Shown: piece after piece, positions 57,019 through 64,000 of the stretch | How positions within the stretch are numbered: the first letter of the stretch is position 1 | Layout: every line of letters starts with the position of its first letter | The notes under the pieces: model-generated | What the model saw: the letters and a program-made list of their open reading frames with translations, nothing else | The model's database searches: none | Told to the model about the DNA's origin: nothing | Source: a phage | DNA length: 64,000 nucleotides | Sequence record: PZ386970.1 | Reading direction: 5' to 3' (one strand) | Made by a program: the position numbers and the translations under genes

Positions 57019-58992
57019 ATGGCAAACACTCCTGTAAATTATCAATTAACCCGAACAGCGAATGCTATTCCCGAGATTTTTATCGGGGGCACATTTGCCG
57101 AAATCAAACAGAACATTATCGAATGGCTCCATGGACAGAATGAATTTCTTGACTATGATTTTGAAGGTTCACGCTTAAACGTATTGTGCGACCTTTTAGC
57201 ATATAACACTCTTTACATCCAACAGTTTAGTAATAGCGCAGTGTATGAAAGTTTTATGCGCACTGCAAACTTGCGTAGCTCTGTTGTACAAGCGGCTCAA
57301 GATAACGGATATCTGCCTTCATCTAAATCAGCAGCACAAACAGAAATTATGCTCACATGTACGGATGCGTTAAATAGAAACTATATCACCATTCCACGTG
57401 GCACTCGTTTCTTAGCATATGCTAAAGATACTTCTGTTAACCCATATAACTTTGTTTCTACTGAAGATGTCATTGTAGTTAAAGACAAAAATAACCAATA
57501 TTTTCCACGTCTTCGATTAGCTCAAGGACGTATTGTTCGCACTGAATTAACCTTTGATAAATTAAAACCTATCATTATTCGTGATAAGAATATTGACCGT
57601 AATTTAGTTAAGTTGTATGTTGACGGAGCAGAATGGATTAACTGGACTCGTAAGTCGATGGTTCACGCTGGTTCTACGTCAACAATCTATTATATGCGTG
57701 AAACAGTTGATGGGAACACCGAATTTTATTTTGGTGAAGGCGAAATCTCTATTAACACATCAGAAGGTGCGTTAACATCCAACTATATTGGTGGCCTTAA
57801 ACCTGTTCAGGGTTCTAAAATCGTAATTGAGTATATTTCTACTAATGGCGCAGATGCTAACGGTGCTGTAGGATTTTCTTATGCTGATACATTAGCTAAT
57901 ATCACGGTAATCGATATTAATGAGAACCCTAGCAATAACCCAGACTTTGTCGGGGCCGATGGCGGCGGCGACCCTGAAGATATTGAACGTATTCGAGAAT
58001 TAGGCACAATTAAACGCGAAACTCAACAACGTTGTGTAACCGCTTCCGACTATGACACATTCGTCTCTGAGCGGTTTGGTTCTATTATTCAAGCAGTTCA
58101 AACATTCACAGATTCGTCTAAACCTGGGTATGCATACATTGCTGCTAAGCCTAAATCTGGATTGTATTTGACTTCTGTCCAACGTGATGATATCAAAAAC
58201 TATTTGAATGATTATAACTTAGGGACTATTACACCTGTTGTTATTTCGCCTGATTATTTGTTTATCAAAATGAATATCAAAGTTACGTACGCGTTGAATA
58301 AACTCCAAGAATCAGAACAATATCTTGAAGGGCAAATTATTAATAAAATTGACCGATATTATATTGAAGATGTAGAAATTTTTAACTCATCGTTTGCAAA
58401 ATCTAAAATGCTAACTTATGTCGATGATGCAGATATTTCTATTATTGGTTCTTCAGCTACTATTCAAATGGTTCGCGAAGTACAGAACTTTTATAAAACG
58501 CCTGAGGCCGGTATTAAATACAATAATCAGATTAAAGATAGATCGATGGAATCTAATATATTCTCGTTTGATTCGCACAGACCTAATCCAGAAAATGCAA
58601 ACGAAACTATTAAATACGGCGTTCGCATAGTATCTTCCGACCGTAATGACCGTGGCATAGGTCAAGTTATTATTGGTCCATTTGCAGACGGTGATGTTGT
58701 TGAAAACGAAAATATACAACCTTATACAGGTAATGATTTTAATAAACTTACTGTTACTGACGGACGAAACAAATACTATTCAATTGGTGAAGTGAATTAT
58801 CCTGCCGATTCGATTTATTGGAACATTGCTAAAATTGACCTCACTTCAGACCGTTTTGAAGTTCAAACAATTGAACTTTATTCCGACCCTGCAGATGATA
58901 TTATTTTTACAAAGGATGGTTCTTTAATCGTATTCGAAAATGACTTACGTCCTCAGTACTTAACTATAGATTTGGAGCCTATTTCACAATGA
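57019..58992 (+). CDS. 6: Baseplate wedge protein gp6
   Basis: From MANTPVNYQLTRTANAIPEIF (matches recalled T4 gp6 N-terminus); ~657 aa. Confidence 0.95.
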   Translation: MANTPVNYQLTRTANAIPEIFIGGTFAEIKQNIIEWLHGQNEFLDYDFEGSRLNVLCDLLAYNTLYIQQFSNSAVYESFMRTANLRSSVVQAAQDNGYLPSSKSAAQTEIMLTCTDALNRNYITIPRGTRFLAYAKDTSVNPYNFVSTEDVIVVKDKNNQYFPRLRLAQGRIVRTELTFDKLKPIIIRDKNIDRNLVKLYVDGAEWINWTRKSMVHAGSTSTIYYMRETVDGNTEFYFGEGEISINTSEGALTSNYIGGLKPVQGSKIVIEYISTNGADANGAVGFSYADTLANITVIDINENPSNNPDFVGADGGGDPEDIERIRELGTIKRETQQRCVTASDYDTFVSERFGSIIQAVQTFTDSSKPGYAYIAAKPKSGLYLTSVQRDDIKNYLNDYNLGTITPVVISPDYLFIKMNIKVTYALNKLQESEQYLEGQIINKIDRYYIEDVEIFNSSFAKSKMLTYVDDADISIIGSSATIQMVREVQNFYKTPEAGIKYNNQIKDRSMESNIFSFDSHRPNPENANETIKYGVRIVSSDRNDRGIGQVIIGPFADGDVVENENIQPYTGNDFNKLTVTDGRNKYYSIGEVNYPADSIYWNIAKIDLTSDRFEVQTIELYSDPADDIIFTKDGSLIVFENDLRPQYLTIDLEPISQ

Positions 58993-61900
58993 CAGTAAAA
59001 GCGCCAGCAGTCACAAGTCTCAGAATATCCAAGTTGTCCGCTAACCAAGTTCAAATACGCTGGGATGACGTTGGTGCTAATTTCTACTATTTCGTAGAAA
59101 TCGCTGAGACTAAAACGGCAGACGGGGAAACAATTCCTCCTGCCAGCTACAGATGGATAAATTTAGGATATACTCCTAATAACAACTGGTTCGAAAGTAG
59201 CTTAGACCCATTAACTTCTTATATTATTCGTGTATCAACTGCCGCTGAAGGCTTCGAGAGATCCGATTGGGTATATACCGAAATATTTGAATCATTTCAG
59301 ACTAACGCGTATACATTTCAACATATGATTGAAATGCAATTGGCTAACACTTTTATTAGAGAAAAATTTACAAATAACAACATGGCTTATGTCGATTTTA
59401 ATAACGACACTATAATGGCAGCTCTAATGAATGAATCGTTCCAATTTAGCCCTGCTTATGCAGATATTTCATCTATTAAAAATTTCATTATTGGTGAAAA
59501 TGAGTATCATGAAATTCAAGGTTCGATTCAACAGGTGTGTCATGATATAAACCGTGTTTATTTGATGGAATCTGAAGGAATTCTTTATTTGTTTGAAAGG
59601 TACCAGCCTGTGGTTAAAGTCTCTAATGATAAGGGACAAACCTGGAAATCGGTTAAATTGTTTAATGACCGTGTAGGGTACCCTGTATCAAGAACAGTGT
59701 ATTACCAGACAGATTACACCACGTATGTTCTTGGGTATGATAAATTATTTTACGGTCGTAAATCAACAGACGTTCGTTGGTCTGCTGATGATGTAAGATT
59801 TAGTTCTCAAGATATAACATTTGCTAAAATTGGCGACCAATTAAATTTAGGATTTGATGTAGAAATATTTGGTAACTACGCATCATTACCTGCTAACGTA
59901 TCACGTATTGCAGAAGCTATAGTTTGCAATGACGATTATGTATATGTTGCTGCTCGAGATAAAGTTCGTTTTATTAAAACTAGTAATGCCCCTATTGATT
60001 CAGACCCGTTATCTCCGACATATTCCGAACGTTTGTTTGAACAAGAAACATTTAACATCACAGGTAACCCTAAGGCAGTTTGCTATAAAATGGATTCTGT
60101 CGGTGGTAAAATATTTGCACTGATTATTGGTGAAGTTGTTAATCTTAATGACGACCCGAGGACCACTCCTATTGTTGATTCTGCTGATAAGGGTGTTTAC
60201 GTTCTAGACCATGATGCTGGCACATTTAAACGTGTGTTTGGTAATACTGAAGAAGAACGCCGTCGTATTGAACCTGGGTACACCAGTATGTCTACTGACG
60301 GTGTTGAGTTATCTATTTCATCCAGTAATTTTAAATTTCTAGAATCAGATATTGTTGATGACCCAAAAACACAAGTCAAGTACGGTTTAATCGGTGCTGT
60401 CAAATACGAGTATCCTCGCGAATGGTTGGCTGATAAACATTATCATATGATGGCATTTATTTCAACTGAAGACTCTCAATGGGAATCGTTCACTCCCCAA
60501 CCAATGGAATACTATGCTGAGCCATTCTTTAGTTATTCTAGAAAGTCTGGTACTCGTTGTTGGATTAATAACTCGGACAAGGCCGTTGTAATTTATTCTG
60601 ATTTACTTTACACTAAGGTTATTGAGAATCATCCACTTAGTTCTTCAGATCGTGAAGTTCATGAATATTGGAAGGACGGTGACTGTACAATAGTGATGCC
60701 TAACGTAGATTTCACCGGATTTAAAAAATATGCATCTGGCATGATTTTCTATAAAGCATCAGGTGAGATTATTTCTTATTATGATTTTAGTTATCGTGTT
60801 AGAGATAATGTTTCTATAATTTGGAAGCCTACTAATATATTCTTAACAGCATCATTACAAAACCAAGAAAAAGATACCACATGGACTCCTGTAGAAGAGA
60901 ACGGTATTGCAGACCCAGATTTACGTCCATTGCTCACTACAATGATGCCAGAGTCTTATCTTTTAGATAATACAAACTTCGAAGCGTTCTGCGAGGCTTA
61001 TATTCAGTATCTTTCTGACGGTTATGGGACCCATTATAACAACCTTTTGAATCTTATTAAAAATCAATATCCGCGCGAAGAACATGCGTGGGAATACTTA
61101 TGGTCTGAGATTTATAAACGAAACATTTACTTAAACGCCGAAAAACGCGATTTAGTGTCTCGTTTCTTTGAATCAAGAAGTTATGACTTCTATTCAACTA
61201 AAGGAACTGAAGCGTCATATAAATTCTTGTTTAAAGTGCTTTATAACGAAGATGTTGAAATTGAAATTGAATCTAGTTCCGGGACCGAATATGATATCAT
61301 CATTGAATCTGATTCGTTGACAGAAGATTTGGTCGGACAAACCATATACACCGCGACAGGACGTTGTAATGTGACGTATATCGAGAGAAGTTACTCTAAA
61401 GGTAAATTACAATGGACCGTAACAATTCACAACCTCTTAGGTCGTTTAATCCAAGGACAGGAAGTTAAAGCTGAAAGACTCCCTGGTTTTGAAGGTGAAA
61501 TTGTTCGCGGTATTAAAGGTAAAGAGCTTTCTCAGAACAACATCGATTACATAAATCGTGGTAGAGCATACTACGTAATGAAGATTAAATCTAAACTTCC
61601 ATCATCTCGTTGGAAATCAGACGTATTACGTTTTGTTCATCCGGTTGGATTTGGATTTATCGCAATTACCCTTCTCACAATGTTTATTAACACCGGATTA
61701 ACACTTAAACATGTTGAAACCATTATTAATAAATACAAAAACTATAAGTGGGATTCTGGATTACCGACTAAATATGCAGACCGAGTGGCTAAATTAGACC
61801 CACAAGGAAATGTTGAGTTTGACCCTATTACAGGTAAAGCGATATATGAAATAGGCCCTATGGCTGGTCAAGATTATCCATTGCCTGAAGATTATAACGC

Positions 61901-62087
61901 TGAAAACAATAACTCCATATTTCAAGGTCAACTTCCATCGGAACGACGTAAACTGATGAGCCCATTATTTGATGCATCCGGAACAACATTCTCTAGGTTT
62001 AGAGATTTGGTTGAACAGCGGTTAATCGATAATGTAGGAAATCCAAGAGACCCCGTGAATCCACCACAGGTTAAATTAGATGAATGA
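58989..62087 (+). CDS. 7: Baseplate wedge initiator gp7
   Basis: 1032 aa (same as T4 gp7); conserved order 6-7-8. Confidence 0.95.
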   Translation: MTVKAPAVTSLRISKLSANQVQIRWDDVGANFYYFVEIAETKTADGETIPPASYRWINLGYTPNNNWFESSLDPLTSYIIRVSTAAEGFERSDWVYTEIFESFQTNAYTFQHMIEMQLANTFIREKFTNNNMAYVDFNNDTIMAALMNESFQFSPAYADISSIKNFIIGENEYHEIQGSIQQVCHDINRVYLMESEGILYLFERYQPVVKVSNDKGQTWKSVKLFNDRVGYPVSRTVYYQTDYTTYVLGYDKLFYGRKSTDVRWSADDVRFSSQDITFAKIGDQLNLGFDVEIFGNYASLPANVSRIAEAIVCNDDYVYVAARDKVRFIKTSNAPIDSDPLSPTYSERLFEQETFNITGNPKAVCYKMDSVGGKIFALIIGEVVNLNDDPRTTPIVDSADKGVYVLDHDAGTFKRVFGNTEEERRRIEPGYTSMSTDGVELSISSSNFKFLESDIVDDPKTQVKYGLIGAVKYEYPREWLADKHYHMMAFISTEDSQWESFTPQPMEYYAEPFFSYSRKSGTRCWINNSDKAVVIYSDLLYTKVIENHPLSSSDREVHEYWKDGDCTIVMPNVDFTGFKKYASGMIFYKASGEIISYYDFSYRVRDNVSIIWKPTNIFLTASLQNQEKDTTWTPVEENGIADPDLRPLLTTMMPESYLLDNTNFEAFCEAYIQYLSDGYGTHYNNLLNLIKNQYPREEHAWEYLWSEIYKRNIYLNAEKRDLVSRFFESRSYDFYSTKGTEASYKFLFKVLYNEDVEIEIESSSGTEYDIIIESDSLTEDLVGQTIYTATGRCNVTYIERSYSKGKLQWTVTIHNLLGRLIQGQEVKAERLPGFEGEIVRGIKGKELSQNNIDYINRGRAYYVMKIKSKLPSSRWKSDVLRFVHPVGFGFIAITLLTMFINTGLTLKHVETIINKYKNYKWDSGLPTKYADRVAKLDPQGNVEFDPITGKAIYEIGPMAGQDYPLPEDYNAENNNSIFQGQLPSERRKLMSPLFDASGTTFSRFRDLVEQRLIDNVGNPRDPVNPPQVKLDE

Positions 62088-63084
62088 TTCAAGTGTTATC
62101 TATCGTGCAATAGTTACATCAAAATTTAGAACAGAGAAAATGCTGAATTTTTATAATTCAGTTGGTGATGGAGATGATAAGAACTCCATTTATATTACGT
62201 TTGGACGTTCAGAGCCTTGGGCGTCAAATGAAAATGAGGTGGGCTTCGCCCCACCTTATCCTACAGATTCTGTTCTTGGTGTTACTGATATGTGGACCCA
62301 TATGATGGGCACCGTTAAAGTTTTACCTTCAATGTTAGATTCTGTTATTCCTAGGCGTGATTGGGGAGATGTGCGATATCCAGACCCTTACACGTTTAGA
62401 ATTAACGATATAGTCGCATGTAATACTGCTCCGTACAACGCGACAGAAGTTGGAGCCGGTTGGTTAATTTACCGTTGTTTAGACGTCCCTGACGTAGGGC
62501 TCTGTTCAATAGAATCTTTAGATAATAAAGATGAATGTCTTAAATTAGGTGGTAAATGGACCCCGTCTGTTCGTTCTATGTCTCCTCCTGAAGGCAGAGG
62601 CGATGCTAATGGGGTTATCGAAACCGGTGATGGATATATTTGGGAATACCTTTATGAGATTCCTGCCGATGTGTCAATTAACCGTTGCACTAATGAATAT
62701 CTTGTAGTTCCATGGCCGGAAGAAATTAAAGAAGATCCCACGCGTTGGGGATACGAAAATAACTTAACTTGGCAACAAGATGACTACGGCTTGATTTACC
62801 GTGTTAAAGCCAATACGATGCGGTTTAAAGCATATTTTGATTCTGTTTATTTCCCTGAGGCAGCTTTGCCTGGTAACAAGGGTTTTAGACAGATATCAAT
62901 TATCACAAACCCGTTAGAAGCTAAGAAAAATCCAAATGACCCTAATGTTAAAGCAGAAAAGGATTATTACGACCCTAGAGACCTGCAACGTCATTCAGGT
63001 GAAATGATTTATATGGAAAACCGACCACCTGTTATTATGGCAATGGACCAAACAGAAGAAATTAACATTTTGTTTATGTTTTAA
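62080..63084 (+). CDS. 8: Baseplate wedge protein gp8
   Basis: 334 aa (same as T4 gp8). Confidence 0.95.
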   Translation: MNDSSVIYRAIVTSKFRTEKMLNFYNSVGDGDDKNSIYITFGRSEPWASNENEVGFAPPYPTDSVLGVTDMWTHMMGTVKVLPSMLDSVIPRRDWGDVRYPDPYTFRINDIVACNTAPYNATEVGAGWLIYRCLDVPDVGLCSIESLDNKDECLKLGGKWTPSVRSMSPPEGRGDANGVIETGDGYIWEYLYEIPADVSINRCTNEYLVVPWPEEIKEDPTRWGYENNLTWQQDDYGLIYRVKANTMRFKAYFDSVYFPEAALPGNKGFRQISIITNPLEAKKNPNDPNVKAEKDYYDPRDLQRHSGEMIYMENRPPVIMAMDQTEEINILFMF

Positions 63085-63087
63085 TTA

Positions 63088-63111
63088 GGGAGCCTTCGGG
63101 CTCCCATTTTT
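63088..63111 (+). terminator. Rho-independent terminator after gene 8
   Basis: GGGAGCC-TTCG-GGCTCCC hairpin followed by ATTTTT. Confidence 0.85.
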
Positions 63112-63116
63112 GTATC

Positions 63117-63124
63117 TATAAATA
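63117..63124 (+). promoter_or_regulatory. T4-type late promoter (TATAAATA) for gene 9
   Basis: Exact TATAAATA 33 nt upstream of the gene 9 ATG. Confidence 0.85.
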
Positions 63125-63156
63125 GAATATAATATCGGACAACAAAAGGCAGAATT

Positions 63157-64000
63157 ATGGCATTTTTTAAGCAAACTCCTAAACAATTAATCGATACCGG
63201 CGAAATTGGTAATGCCTCAACAGGTGATATCTTATTCGACGGTGGTAATAAAATAAATGACGATATCAACGCTATTTACAATGCATTTGGCGATCAACGT
63301 AAAATGGCTGTAGCAGATGGAACCGGGCCTACAGGTCAAACTATTCATGCCACAGGTTATTATCAAAAAGGAAAGGCAGCCGATTATCAAACTCCTATTA
63401 AACCAGGCACCATGCATGATATTGATGCTTCTGATGGCGGTGTGATTGTTATTATTGACCGTCCTGAATTAGGTGACTCTGTAGAATTCATAAACTCTAA
63501 TGGGTCTATTTCTGTTAACAATCCTTTAAGTATCCAAGTAACCGATGGTTCGATTAAAGGTGTTCTTAATAATCTTGTTATTTCCACCCCTTATACCCAT
63601 GTTGTTCTTCGTTGTGTTGAAATTAATGGGCCAACTTCAGTATGGAATTATTCTACTGATAGCATGTTTGGACAAAAAGAATCTCCCGTCGATGGGACTT
63701 GGAGTCTTACAGGAAACACAGTTTCTATTCCTCTGTTTTATCGCACAGATTATAACATGGCTAAATTGCTTGTTACATGTCAATCCGCCGACGGTAGAAA
63801 AATAAAAACATGCGAAATAAATATTCTAATAGATACAATTAACTCAGAAGTTCTTTCTACCGAATTTGCAGTAATGCGAGTTGGTAATGTAGATGAAACC
63901 GACGAGATTGCTAATATTAGCTTTAGTATTATTAACAACTTTGCTACTATGACGATTACATCCGATATTATTGGATTACGTTCAGCAGTTAAAATTATCT
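63157..64000 (+). CDS. 9: Baseplate wedge/long-tail-fiber connector gp9 (partial; C-terminus beyond window end)
   Basis: ATG at 63157 (MAFFKQTPKQLIDTGEIGNASTGDILFDGGNK…) preceded by TATAAATA and a terminator; open to the window end. Confidence 0.9.
   Translation, partial: MAFFKQTPKQLIDTGEIGNASTGDILFDGGNKINDDINAIYNAFGDQRKMAVADGTGPTGQTIHATGYYQKGKAADYQTPIKPGTMHDIDASDGGVIVIIDRPELGDSVEFINSNGSISVNNPLSIQVTDGSIKGVLNNLVISTPYTHVVLRCVEINGPTSVWNYSTDSMFGQKESPVDGTWSLTGNTVSIPLFYRTDYNMAKLLVTCQSADGRKIKTCEINILIDTINSEVLSTEFAVMRVGNVDETDEIANISFSIINNFATMTITSDIIGLRSAVKII

Noticed and set aside
55280-63587. Minus-strand ORFs inside the plus-strand baseplate genes (55280-55468, 55725-56045, 56048-56242, 56726-56944, 58000-58182, 58453-58719, 60197-60403, 63081-63587)
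   Set aside because: Antisense to long conserved structural genes; no promoters or RBS noted.

Overview
This window is a T4-like (T-even) myovirus genome segment. The DNA polymerase (gp43) reads as RB69-type from recalled sequence, so the phage is probably RB69-like; this is not database-verified. Almost everything from 1 to ~53,830 is on the minus strand, in T4 order: a sugar-nucleotide/DNA-modification-like cluster (1-3972), gp43, regA, the clamp loader and clamp (62/44/45), rpbA, 46/47, a free-standing GIY-YIG endonuclease, gp55, nrdH, nrdG, an intron-split nrdD carrying a homing endonuclease, gp49, nrdC, a long run of small early ORFs, tk, regB, a yfiD/grcA-like gene, internal-protein genes, denV, lysozyme e, nudE, two tRNAs, 57B/57A, and genes 1, 3, 2, 4. 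From 53,887 the plus strand carries the baseplate module (53, 5, 5.1, 5.4, 6, 7, 8, partial 9). The strongest candidate for something unusual is the cluster flanking gp43 at 1-3972: a SIS sugar-phosphate isomerase, a fused sugar-kinase/nucleotidyltransferase, a HAD phosphatase and a partial Cys-rich U32-like protein, which together look like a pentose-NDP-sugar pathway for DNA hypermodification, with no T4-type glucosyltransferase in the window. Other notable points are an expanded family of six capsid-targeted internal proteins, a tandem triplet of small proteins with a shared C-terminus, a macro-domain protein, a minimal nucleotidyltransferase, and recurring promoter-plus-stem-loop cassettes. 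All calls rest on reading the ORF translations and motifs by eye; no searches were run.
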